A stretch of DNA of 63,785 nucleotides, the filler included, from Hausera hauseri (taxonomy: Eukaryota): assembly GCA_046269625.1 (NCBI GenBank). It is 11 parts of 11 records of this genome, joined end to end, with 100 filler letters (N's around TTAATTAATTAA, not from the genome) between each part and the next. Parts side by side here need not be neighbours in the genome. Positions count along the whole stretch, not along the records: positions 45,256 to 50,080 come from JBJURY010423142.1; positions 50,181 to 58,126 come from JBJURY010856522.1; positions 58,227 to 63,785 come from JBJURY010231073.1; 8 more parts are not named here. One strand, given 5' to 3'. A program made the position numbers and the translations under genes. Each line of letters opens with the position of its first letter. Within the stretch, counting starts at the first letter, position 1. Below, in pieces: positions 48,802-62,895 of this stretch. Under the pieces are notes generated by a model. It was not told where the DNA came from and made no database searches. It worked only from the letters and a program-made list of their open reading frames with translations.

Positions 48802-49974
48802 TGTGGTGCCGTGGGCTCGGGCGTCGCCGGGATAAAGCTACAAGTATGTTTTCAAAATCGAAAACATCGAATGCCTATCAAAACTTAATGCAAGAAGTTC
48901 AAGAAAGAAATTTCACTCCAAACCACGATAAAATTGAAAGAGATTCTACGGACAACATGAAACTTTGTTACAGTTACTACAGCGGTGTATGCTTTCGTGA
49001 AAAGACCGAAATAAATCATTGACCTCCAACCAAAAACTGTTCTGTTACCAATGATCCAAAAACCAATGACCAAGAAATTGCATTAGTCGATTTTGATGTT
49101 CTGCCAAAGTAAAAACATGCATCGAATATTTGCTCTATTTAGCCTCAGGTTCGGACTTCACCGAATTGTTTCGATGAATTCTTTAATCGTTCAAAAATTG
49201 AAGCAACATCGAAATTGCTTATATTACTCAAATAACTTTGATATCAAACTTTTAAAACCAAATTATGAACCATGAAAATAAACATGCAAATGATGACAAG
49301 AAAACCGTTTTGATCATAAATAAGTCAGCTCTATATATGAAACAACTCCATATAATCTTTAATATAGAAAAGAAATATTCAATATCATCATAATTGTGAC
49401 GAGGTCCAGCAAACATACCGTAATCTCTAACAAAAACCAATCAAAAGTTTTATGTTGTAAACTACAATGGCATAAAATTATCTGCCCAGAAATCAGAAGC
49501 GGAAATGCCAATAAATCCAAATGGAAAAGGAAAACCTTTAAGATCTCAGATATTAAATACCCATTAAAATATCAATTATGCAATTAGCATTAATATAGAG
49601 ATATGTTCAAGAAGGTTAATGTTTACCACAGTTTCGTAAATCAAATCAATGAAAGTATTTACTAGATTAATATTTGAATTATGTCGGCTTTATCATAATA
49701 CTGCCATTCCAGAACATAAATGTACCAGGAAGTATTGAAAATACAAAAATGTGTACAAGATATTCTTTTAGCTGTAATTAGAATATTTTGCAAATACGTG
49801 AAACACAGAAGATATTTAATATTTTTGTATGAAAATAATTTATCAAATATTGACTGAATTAGTTATTTAAAATCTGGTTGATACAAGAAAATATAATTAG
49901 TTATTACGTTGTCTTCCGTTTTTGAACATTCATTTTTTTTGGAATTTTTGCTGTTATACAAAGAATTAACAATA

Positions 49975-50080
49975 CTGATGAAACTAAACGTAAGGAATGG
50001 ATTAAAAAATCCGGAAAAATAACACTTTGTGGTCCGTTAAATCTGGATTTCTTCGATCAACCGAAATATCTATTGCCGGG
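49975..50080 (+). pseudogene. Polinton major capsid protein internal fragment
   Basis: RKEWIKKSGKITLCGPLNLDFFDQPKYLLP. Confidence 0.65.
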
Positions 50081-50180
50081 NNNNNNNNNNNNNNNNNNNN
50101 NNNNNNNNNNNNNNNNNNNNNNNNTTAATTAATTAANNNNNNNNNNNNNNNNNNNNNNNNNNNNNNNNNNNNNNNNNNNN

Positions 50181-50658
50181 CGGTCCACACATTGTAAATG
50201 TTTTTGATTCTGCCACCCATGCTGACGGTTTGCTTCAGTGGCAACATACCCAATGGTTTTGGTCAAATGAGTTGTTTTCGTGTCTGCACTGTAATTCACA
50301 GCAGTTTCAAGGTGTGCTTTGATACTGTATAGACGGATATGCCTTCGATGTTGACGTTGTTTAGAGTCAGTGAAGCCTCCTGGAACAGTGTGACGAAAAC
50401 GTAATTGGTCGGTGTGACAGTGTGTGTTGCAGCAAAAACTGTTGACGAATCCTTTTTAACAATGCCTCTTACATAAAGTAGCGTATAGTTCAAATCCAGG
50501 TATTCATTGTCCGATGCCATAATGTTGAATTGAATGTCAATATTATCGTTCGCTGAAACAAAATCAACAAGGTATATTTCTTAAAATGCCGCATTGTCAA
50601 TAACAACTTGTGGCGCCGCTTTGACAAATATACGCAATTCAGATTTTGCAGATGCCAT
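50181..50658 (-). pseudogene. Polinton major capsid protein, N-terminal part
   Basis: KSELRIF..PQ..IQFNI..EYLDLNYTLLYV..PTNY..TLF..LNN. Confidence 0.85.
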
Positions 50659-50741
50659 TAATCAATCGAAAATTGTATGACAACGACGTTTGCTTATAGC
50701 TGATGAACTCGATGATGATCTAAGTTTTCGTTTTCTTATCA

Positions 50742-51030
50742 TTAAGCTACTGCCAGCCAATTGTTTTTGACTGATTCAACGACTCCCGGTGCAGCTCTTT
50801 TTATTCCGTACAATGCGTGTTCTTTCAGTAATGGCATAATCGATTTGTTTTCATATAATACGTCCTGTGCCGTTTTTGCTGCCACGGCACCGACAAGCTT
50901 CAACATCGGGAATGCTAAGCGTGCCAATGTACGCAACTATCCAGAGCCATACTGTTTACCAACGAAATATGGTAGTTCACCACCCTTCTGTGGCTTACTG
51001 TAAAAGGAAACGATTTCAGAATTAATCGTA
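50742..51030 (-). pseudogene. Small conserved Polinton ORF upstream of MCP (Gly-rich amphipathic)
   Basis: QKGGELPYFVGKQYGSG*LRTLARLAFPMLK. Confidence 0.6.
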
Positions 51031-53208
51031 TGGGATTTGACGGAAATGAAGCGTTATACTGGTTATAGTACCGTACAGAAATTCAATAAGGAAGCCCACG
51101 TCACAACAACTATTCACTTCAGCATTGTTCATAGATGTAGATGCCACAGGTATGTACATTGGATTGTAGAGATTGACAGTGACATTGTCGCCAGCAGTAT
51201 ACTTGCTGCTTTCCGAATAAATTGCACGGACTAGCGGTACACGTATTCCATGGACCAAAATCGGTTCGGTGACATTCACGTAAATGTACATTTGACTTAG
51301 TCCCGTTTTCAATTTGGATTTGAGTGTTGCAACATGTGCCGCATCCGTCGCCGCAATCCGCTGTTTCTCGAAACCCAATACCATGTCCAAAGCTTTGTAC
51401 AACGAAATGTCGACAATATCCTTAAGCAGTTCAAATTTAATGTACCAATTTTCATCTGACTCAAAAACTTTAAATATCGCCTTGTACTTTTGATTTGAAG
51501 AAGAAAAGTGTTGACAGAGATGTGCTACAAATTCGCAATAGACATTGTCTCCAGTCGATACGTATGACCTTTACACCCCTTTTATTGTATAGATAAATTT
51601 TACCATTGCCACGTAATATACGGAACTTAATCTAGGAGCAACTACATATATACTTTTAATATCATTACCTTTGTACTTTGTATTTTTGAATTCTAATTTC
51701 TGCGCCATCTTAGAGGACTCAAAAGTAACGGTAAATTCAAAATCTGCCATAAAATGTAAGTTTTGATCTATAAAAAACACCGATCTTGCGAATATACCGT
51801 AATTTTCTTCGGTCGTGAAAATGGTCGATTCTCCAACTGTTATTTATTGCTAATAAGTGTCAGAGGACAAAAGTGTGTTTTGGTTTCAGTAACAGTCTTG
51901 TTGTACGTTATTTTCATACTACTTTCAATGTCACCGGTGCGTAGGGAAAGTTAAATTCCGTCAGTGCCACCTCCCATTTTTCATGAAATAAATACAAATA
52001 ATTATTCTAATCTACAACGTATTCACTGGCTGAATTGTTCGGACGAGTCGTTAGACAACTGTTGCTCGGCAACACCATATAAATACTCATGATCTCGAAA
52101 ATGCTGATGATGATGAAAACGCAGTTTCTTTATTATTGACGTTGAGAAGTCGAAAATGTAACGTAAATATGTCGTTGATCCGAACAGAAATTTAACGTGT
52201 TCTCAAAATTCATCAAGCATATACACGGAAATACTGTGCACAATATTGTGAGGCGATGATACGTACATAGGTCTGAACATAATAACGTGAACAGTTTCAC
52301 CCGATGATGTCTTGTACGTGTCAGAATCCAGTTTAATAGAAGCCCGTATTTGTTTACGTTCTCCACCAACGAGTACGAATTAGGTTAAGTTTGTTAAAAT
52401 GTTGATTCGGTGAAGTGCTCTATAGAGTTATGGTTTGTATTTGGCAACAATAGATCGTCCTAACATTTTTTGATAGAATTCGCGTTGTGAAAAACCCATA
52501 TTCCTAGCCAATAATTCATCAAAGGCAAAATACGTAACCTTGTCATGTAGTATAATCTAAATATGACCATCTGCGTTTATTTCAGGTGTCTTCACGCGTA
52601 ATGTAGCCATTTTCTTGACGTATTCAAACAATTCCAGTTCCGTTTCCATTAATAAATCGTGTGGTATAATATAATAGCACAAGACTGATTCTGACTTAGT
52701 TCACTTTGCTATAATATGGATTCCGCATAGGATGATAGGCCCAATTTTTCACCAATTGTAACATGTCCACCCAGCCGTAGACGTTTTGAGTGTATACTTA
52801 GTGATTGAAAACCCCATGCCTGAGCATTATCTATAGAATAAAGTGCATTTCCATGGGATTTCAATGCATTAGTTTCATACGACAGTTTGAAAAATAAGCA
52901 TAATCCGAAAAATTTTCTCGCGAATAATTGCGAAGAATGATTCGGATATTGTGTCGGATTGTCCGCAAACGACTTGAAATAGGGTAGGTTTCTTGTCCGG
53001 TAAAGTAAATACCACTGTTTTGACGTATTGCCTTTGGTGAAAATGTAAATGTGAATTCCGTCAAAGCCACTTCCCAGGCTCCCTGGGGTAAATCGACCGG
53101 TTTGTCCAAGTGCACGGTAAACTGTTTAGCTGTACTGTCGTCATTGTCGTCGTCGTCATGTTGTGATAATGATCTGTTACTATCAAGTACCAAATAAATG
53201 CTCATCAC
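51022..53208 (-). pseudogene. Polinton minor capsid (penton) with long central insert
   Basis: N-terminal YLVLDSN..FTVHL..LPQGAWEVALTE; C-terminal MYIY..I.V..PLVR..PMYIPV..ITLHFR. Confidence 0.75.
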
Positions 53209-54241
53209 TCAATCTGCGATGCAAAAATCCAACTCGGTGTAGTGTATCCGTGCCACTTGACGAGATATTGTTTATTCGAACCTTTGCCACGTGAACGTAG
53301 AATTTCCTAAATACGATATACATCGGGTTTCTGGACAGTACCTGCAATTCCTGTTCGTAGAATTTACCGCATATTTCTTCACCGTTTTCATCCTCTAAAA
53401 CTTACATGACAGGTGTTTGTTTTGTGTTTATTGCCGAAATTCGGAAAGACTCGTCGCTACAGTTCTGATTAAAACTCTTAATGAATGGTGTCGTACTTAT
53501 TTTCGAAATACGTATGTAAGCACCGATTTTATATTTTGGGCGTTTAAATGCCTGTCGTCCTCGTCGGTTTTGATGAAGCCACATGTTCAAATCATCGATT
53601 ACGTCAACTGGCCGTAATCAGTTGATACTACAATGTGTCGAATAATTGTATGCATGAATAATACCCGGTAATACATCTAACCAGCGTTTGTTGCCTTGCT
53701 TCGTAAATAATTTGTTTAGGCGACCGCGCAATGTTCGATTAAATCGTTCAACGAGTGCAGCTTTGTACTGGTAAAACATCGAGTAGTGGTCTACGCCGAA
53801 CCGTTTCAAAACTGCTGCAACGTGGGCGTTGTAGAATTCCTTACCCAAATCCGTTATTAAATGCTTCGGTGGCTGTTGTTGTTGTTGTTGTATCAGTGTC
53901 TGAACAGCGTCGGCAATCTCTTTACCGGATTCAGATTTCACAGCTATGGCACGTGCAAAACAACTAAACACATCAATACATGTCAGCGCGTACCGATATC
54001 CATCGTTGATGCTTGCGTACGGAATCATTTCCATCAGATCCATTTGCCATACATTATTTACACCGACAGCACGGTATGCACGAGTTGGAAACCGCCTTCT
54101 TATCGGTTTGTTTAGGCTGTATGCTAACTGTTTCCCGAGCCAACGTTGGGTCTGTTGCTGAGTCTGTTTGACAGTCTTTGCCAGTTTGTCGACGCCAATA
54201 TACCCGACTGGATAACGCGGATCTAACCACACGTCGTCCAT
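53207..54241 (-). pseudogene. Polinton retroviral-type integrase with C-terminal chromodomain
   Basis: WQMDL, CIDVFS, TDLGKEFYN, LVERFNRTL; downstream GKFYEQEL and YLVKWHGY..WI. Confidence 0.9.
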
Positions 54242-54384
54242 CGTTGTCGTCGATGGTGTCGGTTTTGCTTACATTGCAACAATTTGAACGAAACGTAAAT
54301 GAAAGATTCGGTAAACTGGGACAGAAAGATGAAAACAATGCTCCCATATCGCAAATCACCATATACTTACAGTCATCGTTTATA

Positions 54385-54708
54385 TTAAACGGTTCCACCA
54401 ATGAGTCCACCCAGTAATGACGTGACAACCTGTAGAATTGCACCAAGGAATCCGCCATCTTGCTGGTACATGACCTCTCGTTTTACTCGTTTACTACGAG
54501 CGTTGGCAAAGCCAATGAGTCGCTTTCGATACTCTAGTGAATTCTGCTTCCCACCAAAAATGTAAACGTGACCCACAAGAATATTGTACAAAATTTCCAT
54601 CAAATCGTTTACTACAAACTGTGGGAATGATCACAGCATGTTTCGCTCATGTCTCGTAGGTGCCTTGAGCAAAGCAATAAAGTACGGCTGACTACGTTTG
54701 AATCGCAT
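54385..54708 (-). pseudogene. Small conserved Polinton ORF (QxGGFLG motif)
   Basis: EILYNILVG..QQDGGFLGAIL. Confidence 0.55.
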
Positions 54709-54949
54709 TTTTGGGTGTATTGATGCTGATGAGACGTAGTTGTTTATAACCATTGCCACTATCACGGTAAATTGCGTCTAGCTGTTGTTCGAAGCATAGA
54801 ATTGATTAATCGCTTGACTGTAGCGATGGATCATTTTGATATACCTTTCTTGCCGCCGGACACCCGCTTGGTAGTAGGTTTACGTTTAACAATTCTTTTT
54901 CGGAAATTCTTCATTTTTATCATAATCATGTCGTCGATTTTCGAATTTG

Positions 54950-55560
54950 TTTGGAGACACATCTTTCTGATTGAAAATGTCTGTTCATATACGCATGTCA
55001 TCGGGACACTATTGTGTAAAGTCGATAAACAGGTATCCGTGTGGCTCGGTCGTAGCATCATGATATGAATCGATCAAGTAGGCTTGGTTGTGAGGAAATG
55101 CTTGTCGTGTAACATAATCAATGATAATCTGATCACGGGGATTTTTGAAGAACACCACATAGTGTACGTTTAGATTTCTTCATCGATGCTGACCGCCATG
55201 ATGGAACATGTTTTGCGTAATGAAAATAACCGTCACACCACGGTGACGTGCAATCTTCGTGAACAGGTTGTTAAAGTCCGATTGTTTCGCGGCTTCCTAA
55301 AATAAATCGTCGATGACAATAACGTCATCGTTGCGTAGTGTCTCAGACCAGTTCTCATCAAACCTATCAACTACCGTTATCGATTTCAATTTACAAAATT
55401 CCCGATGTGTCAGACCGGACTCACCATCATCGCCAACACACTGATGCCAGTGTGTGATTGTACTGCGGTGAATAGAACATGTCACGGCAGTTCTGCAATA
55501 TTTTACACACCAAGTGTGTTTTGCAACTTCTACTGGGGCCTACAATCTGGAAAATGGCAT
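54950..55560 (-). pseudogene. Polinton A32-like packaging ATPase
   Basis: Degenerate Walker A IVGPSRSCKT, VIVIDDL, RHRGVTVIFITQN, VFFKNPRD. Confidence 0.85.
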
Positions 55561-55576
55561 CATTTTGCAGCTTCAT

Positions 55577-58126
55577 CTAATAATAGTAATAATACAAACT
55601 TTCTTCACCACATGATTTGTCCAGTAATGCCATACTCGCATATATTGGCTTGCTGAATTGCAAGGATGTTTTCAGCATATGGATGCTGACCAAGATCTCA
55701 GCATATATGGTGCTTCTGCGGAAGTTCGGCTTGGCAATGAGCTTCTTCGCTCGCGTCCACTCACACACCAAGTCGATGTTGATCCTGTTGCGGATATTCT
55801 CCATAGTCTTGCCCGAAACGCTGTTGTTGTAAAGCTTAAATTGGTCCCTCTCAAAGTCATTCTTGGCATTTGTCCGCAGCTTGGTATTCAGATCTATGTA
55901 GGGCTGCAGCCAGTTAGACTGGCTGAACTGCAGGGCCCGATGGATCTTAGTGATGCGGAATACATTTCTCACAGCTTGCTGGAGATTTATGTAGTGGACA
56001 ACATACCTCTCCCTACTATCCGGGTCGAAGAGCAGCTTTCCATGCTTTCCATGGGGCGGAGGCTTGCTCTCAGGAAGGAATGGCAGCTGTTGATGCATTG
56101 TGTGGATAGAAGTCGGATATTCCATATCCACCTTCAGTATGTAGCCCGTATCTCCAGTGGGATCCAGGACCAGTATAATGATGTTTTCAAAATGCTCTAC
56201 CCACTTGAAGTCATCATGTGGCAATGGGGCGCTCATTGCCCATCCATATAAGCTGTTAGCATCCAGGTACCATATATATGAGGATTCCTTGGATGGATCA
56301 TACTGGGCCATATATTTGCTGTTGGCCTCGCTATACCGGTGAATGGCCTGGCACATTCTAATGCCGCTCTCAATGAGGATCAGGTCCTAATCCTTTATTT
56401 ATCTGCAGCATAATACCAGTATATCTCAACATAGCTGCCAAACTCATCCCCGGAGCCGTAAAGAAATGAGCCGAATCCAATGCATGGCTCTTCATCGTAA
56501 CATCCCTGAAACTTTCAAAAACATCCGTCAGTAGCAGCACGTCCGTCTTGATGTATATGTCAATGCCTTCTCCCAATGTTAGGCATTGAAATGCATGCCA
56601 GACGTTCTGGGCATGCTGATAATCCTCATCACTAATATCACAATCCGAGAGGATATTGTAAAATTCCTTCTTGGTCAGCAATGAGGTTTCATCCAGTGTT
56701 TCCCATGATGTTATATAGCACTAGAAAAACACGCCTTTCTTCTTGAATAGGTCAAATGTAGCGGGGAAGAACCGCTTAGTCTCCTTGAATTCTTCTGCAA
56801 GGTTCTTCACTAAACTGTCAAGTGAAGACGACATAAAACAGAAGCTGACTACGAAGGGAAGCCTGATTTTTCCAACATGCGTCGCAAATGTGACATACTT
56901 CTCCTCACTATTATAAATCACGTTAATGTTCCTCTCAACGTTTCCCAGTTCCGAACAATGAAGTGGGAAATATAGACACTGAGATTATGGAACATTACAG
57001 ACACATGTACATGTTTTGCAACGTAGATTGCAGTTATTGCATGCCGCACCTCGATATGTGCCTGTAAAATGGCAATGATTCTTGACTTTATAATTCCCCT
57101 TAGTAAATGATTTGGAGCACAACATGCTGTGGCCTTGCGCCATTCTTCTTGCTTATTCGACATGCTCATTGTATCCTTATGCCGCTGCAGCATATCTCCA
57201 ATCCTATGAGCCACATCTTCAAGTCGTTTCATGAAATAAGCTGCTGCGCCTGAACCACATGCAATATGATAAAAGCTCATGATAATCATATGCCGTTGTG
57301 CTGCTATGTTGTGGATTAGGACTGCAACTCTGAACTGAACGCAGAATAGCCTCAAAATCGAAATACATTATTATTCAGACCTTGATCTTCTTCTAAAACT
57401 ACTTGAATTCAGTGTAATCCTCCTTGGAAAATTCTGGCCTTATACAATATTTGTTGTTGCAGTACATATTGTGCTCTGCAGGCTTCGATACAGCTACATC
57501 GCCACTGAAATTGGACAAGCATCGTTTGCAAATTTCTACTTGTCCATGATGTTTCGTAATTTGGGATATGACTAGCCGCTCAAAGTCTTTGATCCAAACA
57601 TAATGCTTCTTTTCTCCGTCGTCTAGTAGAAACAGATCCCTATGATCTTCCAATTCAACATCGCATATCTGCAGGGGATAGAATTTTTCCTTCTCATCCA
57701 ATCCCAAGATATTGATTGATATATTGTTGACTTTTTCAAATTTTTTGACTTTATCTATGGATGGTGAGAACTTGATACATTGGAAATCATAGTTGTGCTG
57801 CGCATCCTTATATAGCCAAACTCCTGAAGCATGATTTTGATCCGTTGCTAGTTTTAATAGAATGGCATACATGAAACATATGTTGTCGATATTATGGACA
57901 TTGACACATGCTTTTTTATTAGCGATGCAATCAGGGAGCTGAATATATGAACTGTCCCGCATGTGGGAGTACTTGTGCATATACACAAGCAATTTCTTGA
58001 TAGTTGCCAGAGTCCATCCGCTCTTCTTATCTTGGCTCTCCCCGGCTTCACAGATCATCCTCTCGTGCGCCTCTTGCAGCCATTCTGCTATATTAGTGTT
58101 TTCCAATATGGGCCCATTTTTGGTCT
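55577..58126 (-). pseudogene. Polinton polB with endonuclease VII-like insert, C-terminus missing
   Basis: SSYIQLP, N.DN.CFMYA, HCHFTGTYRGAACNNCNL, DANSLYGWAM, KLYNNSV.GKTMENIR; YxDTDS absent. Confidence 0.9.
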
Positions 58127-58226
58127 NNNNNNNNNNNNNNNNNNNNNNNNNNNNNNNNNNNNNNNNNNNNTTAATTAATTAANNNNNNNNNNNNNNNNNN
58201 NNNNNNNNNNNNNNNNNNNNNNNNNN

Positions 58227-61200
58227 ATAGATTCTTCAATGATAGCGCTATGGGTACACAAAAACCATCCGATTTACTCAGAACCTCTCTCGCTCAACTG
58301 CAAACACTCGGCGTTACAAATCAAAATAATTCCGATCTTTTACGACGTTACTTTCTAAACGCATTACCGATTCAGATCATGGTCCTGCTTACCATTGTCG
58401 AGGAATCGACGGCGCTAGATAAGTTAGCCGAACTTGCAGACAAAACGTACGAGGTCTTACACTTAAACACACAACCTATCATTTCTGCAGCGCTTACAGC
58501 AAATGACAACACAATAGAATATCAAATACAATAGTTGCGGGCCGAAATCGCAACCCTATATAACATAATAAACAATATCTACGATAGATTAAATGAGATC
58601 TCTATGACTTAGCGAAAGGGTTCTGCCTACGATTGCACACGTTCTGTACCCAGAGGTCGATCACCTTCTCCTACGCGATCGCTGATCTGTTTTTGCCATG
58701 ATAGGTTTGCTGATAAAGCACAAAAAGTCATCTCGGGTTCCGCTTTTACACCCAAAAGTATCAAGTTAACAACGCTATTTGCATTTACCACGCAAAGTCT
58801 AAGCATGATGCATATAAGTGTATCCCTGTTTGTACCTTTAGAAGCAACAATCAACATACGAACGTGGGACGTTCTCTCTTACCTTCTAACAGCCGTCCAA
58901 GTTCACAACTTCCAAAAAACTAGTACCGCCGCCAAAGCTTATGGCAAGTCCTGGCGAAGGCCATTCTCCGGTTTCTACCAGCCGAAAACTTTCTTTCGCC
59001 GCATTTACAGTTAAATCAATAACTAAATTACCAAGAACTCGCCACATAGACTTCCTTGTAGATTCAGGTGCAACGATTTCTTTACTGCTGCTCACCTTTC
59101 CAACTAAACACACTTCATCCAAATATAAACCTCTATTTACAGCTTCCGGACAACCGCTACATGTTTCCCGTACTTGTAGGCTTTCTTTTACCCGTCTGAA
59201 ATTTACTGCAACGTTCCACTAAATGTTTACCGTTGTAGACATCCAGACAGTTATTTTAGTTTCCGACTTTCTTTCGCTCTACAATCCCCTTGTAGATTAC
59301 AAATAATGTTGCTTAACAAGTGGTTGCAATAAGGAGCGAAACGGTCATGCCGATACCATTTCGGCTGTCGTGCAAATGAATGCAACTCGAAAATCGATAT
59401 TAAAAAACCGTTGAACAAACCTTTTTTACAATCATGGTACCTTGTTTTATACGTTATTGATAAACAATATTACTGACGATTGGATTTTACACGGCGATAA
59501 GCATGATTCCGTTACCACTACCAAATCATTAGATAAAACTACCATCTACAATACCATTTTCAATACTACCATCCTGCATCGAATACCACTTCATTTTAGA
59601 TCACCAAATAACGCCAAAATTGCAACAGTTACCGATAAAACCATCTCGCTTCCAACAAACTTTTCACAATTACCTGAAAGTCTGTAGAAATTCATTAACG
59701 TATCCTGTTCTAGAATAATTCAAAAAGACAGATCTTTTACACCAGCCAGTACCACTTTTCACCACATTGTAACACAATATCAAAGAACTATCCGACAAAA
59801 AGTGCGTTCATTACCTCCCTGTCGTATACAGGCCATTGAAGTCGAATTTTTAGACCTCGAACGGTACGTCATTGTACGTCGCTCTAAATCCACATGGTTG
59901 TCGCCATTACATGTCGTGCAAAAGAAGAATGGAACTTTTAGACCATATGGTGATTATCGTCAGTTGAACACTTTGACAATAATGTATGCATCCCGCTACC
60001 ACTCATTAAGGATATCTTACACCGTCTTAATAACACAACAATTTATTCTACCATTGATTTATTCAAAGCCTGTTACCAAATTCCGGTGGGATCTGAAGAT
60101 ATAGAAAAAACAGCCGTAACCACTCCTTTCGGCCTTTATGAATATCCGTACATGTCTTTCGGCCTACGGAATGCTGCGCAGAGTTTTCAACGCCACATCG
60201 ATGCTATCCTTTCTAATTTTCCTTATGCTCATTCATATATTGATGACATATTAGTTGTTTATTCAACCAAACAAGACGAGGAACACCTCAGATCACTCTT
60301 TCTACGTTTACACCAGCATAACCTACAGATCAATTTTATTATATGTCACTTTTTCCAGAAGCGTATAAATTTCCTTGGTCGCATTATTTTTTCTGAAGAT
60401 TACTCGCGTCGGTCCGATCGAGTTAAAGCCCTAAAAAATGTGCAGCTACCTGAAAAACAACAGAAATGAGGGGCTTTTTGGGAACTTTGCACTTAGTTCA
60501 CAAGTATGTGCCGCACTGCTCTGAACTTACCGCATCATTTGCACACCTCAGTGGTGGAAAAAAACACCAACCAATACAATGGACTTTCAAATTAGTAAAC
60601 AAATTCAAAAGTCTATTAGAATGTTTGAAAACAGTCGAAATATTAGCGTTCGCTAAGCATGATGCACAGCTATCCTTACTACAGACCCCTCTACTACCGC
60701 CATAGGAGCTGTACATCAGATTTATAAAGGCGAATATCATCCGCTGGAGTTCTTTTCACGCAAACTAACACCCACGTTCGACCGAGAACTACTGGCGATA
60801 GTTCTCTCCTTGAAATATTTTTCACATTTGCTCACTGCGCGACGTTTCACCATACAAATTAACCATAAACGCCTAATAAACATCATGGGAATAAAACATA
60901 CTTCTACTCGACAGAAACAGCAGATTTCCTACTTGTTGACATTTAATTTTGAAATAAAACATATCAACGGCGTTAACAACTTAGTCGCCGATTTTTTATC
61001 TTGGTCAGTAAGTTCAATCAACTTTAAGCCTATTCTCACTCTAAACCAGCTCCAAGGAAAACAACCACCCCAAAACATCCTTAAATATTTTACTTCCTGT
61101 AATATAATTGATGGAGTAGCTTTCGACACGTCTAAACCAGGACAGTCTAAAGTAATCTTAGCTCCTGCCTTGCAAAACAGGCATTCAACAGCGGACATTT

Positions 61201-62640
61201 TCTACATCACCTTGGTGCTAAGGCCACCTTTCGCTTGTCTCACCGACAAGTAATCTGGCTGTCTATGCGTTCTGATGTGCAAGCGTGGGTTAAGGAATGT
61301 TAGGCCTGCCAGAAATTTAAAACCATCAAGCATTTGAAGCCACCACTATATCATTTCCCTTGCACATCGCGTTTCGAGTCCGTACATATAGGTCTTGTTG
61401 ACCCTCTCCCTCCTGAAAACGATCATCAGTTCATTTTGACCATGATGGATCGTTCCTCAAGATGGCCAGAAGCCTTTCCTCTGCGAAGCATTAACATGGA
61501 CACAATAGCCGACGTTTTCATACGTTCTTGGATCAACAGGTTTGGATCCCCTAGGTTCATTATTGCAGACCAAGGTACTCAGTTTGAATAAAACTTGTCG
61601 AAATCACTGGTTAACCGATTAGGAATCAGCCTCATACACACAATACCGTATCAATCCCAATCAGATGGTCTTCTGGAGAAATTCCACAGAACACTGAAAA
61701 CATCACTGAGAATCCTCGCTGAATCCAATAGTAGTTGGACAGCCCTTCTTCCGTTAGTTCTACTAAATTGGCGAAACTCTCCTTCCACTTCTACAGGTTA
61801 TTCACCTACGGAAGCCCTATTCGGAGCACCCTTACGTTCACTATTCGAGCTTACTGCCTTGAAAGATACACCTACCGACGAAGCTATCCGAACGGCACAG
61901 AATCATTTTGTCTCAGTCAGAAAAAATTCATTCTGCTGAACAATACATAATAATAATAAGTACCTACCCGACGATTTATATTCTGCAAAGTTTGTCTGGC
62001 TGAGAAATCAGACGCCGTGCTGTTTTCAACCGCGGTATTTAGGACCATACAAACTCGTTCAATTGCACTCTCACAATGCTATTATTTCTAAAGACGGTAA
62101 GGAACTGGCGGTGCATATCAACTATGTCAAGCCTGCATTTTTCGTATACGATACCCCCAAAATGGACTCTTCTACCCCTTTTTTGACTCCTCCACCTTGT
62201 ACTTTTTTAGTTCCTACACCCCCTACACCCCTTTCCATTCCGACCCCTATACCTACTCCTTTAACCGACCCTACTCCAAACTCCCTTCTACTAACCTTCC
62301 AACCTTTCCTTCCTTTTCTCCTACATATATTCCGCCAGCTTCTTTTTCGACCCTGAACGACACAACACCTTCAACTACGAAATCCGACATTACTTTACCT
62401 CAATCATCTCCGCAACCAGATTCAAAGACATTGACAAATTGCAAATAAGTCACATTTAGTACCTACAGTAAGGAGATTAACACTGCAGGGTTAGAACGAC
62501 TTATTCATACAAAGGCCACTTAGACCACCGACACTGTTTCTACACATTTTCTACTTTTTTAGCAATCTAGTCGTTGTTTTACCACGGGGGGGGGGTGTGA
62601 CGTCGTGCCCAACAAGGGTTTTTTATTGACATGTAAATAC
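58227..62640 (+). mobile_element. Third decayed CsRN1-like Gypsy copy; G-rich PPT 62586-62595, 3' LTR starts 62596
   Basis: FLVDSGA, TPFGLYEY..FGLRNAAQSFQR, YIDDIL, DQGTQFE, RYLGPY; G10 followed by TGTGAC. Confidence 0.9.
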
Positions 62641-62895
62641 ATAATTATTGTTTTTTTCTCTTTCTTTATTTGTCTTTGTAATTGCCGACGTTTTCATGCA
62701 CTTTTATCGTTTTGTCCCATAGTGCTAGAACATAGCTTCAAAAATTATTTTTGAAAGAGCAAAATAAAAATGGCAGTGAAGGATCCAATAATTCGACAGT
62801 ATTTCTCGTATTTTCCAAAGTATTTGCGAATTCTCTTCAACATACATGTGGTTAACAACACAGTGTAGTCGATTTACGTGCGGAGTATCCGAAAG

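Larger units (their letters stand above)
50181..58126 (-). mobile_element. Decayed Polinton/Maverick (adintovirus-like) element: polB-ATPase-small ORF-INT-minor capsid-small ORF-MCP
   Basis: All core genes on one strand in canonical order; see sub-features. Confidence 0.9.

Noticed and set aside
48802-48840. TGTGGTGCC after the truncated RT as an LTR start like 29662
   Set aside because: Only 9 nt match; cannot be supported.
49975-50658. Two MCP pieces facing each other as an inverted duplication
   Set aside because: Separated by a linker, so they are on different contigs.
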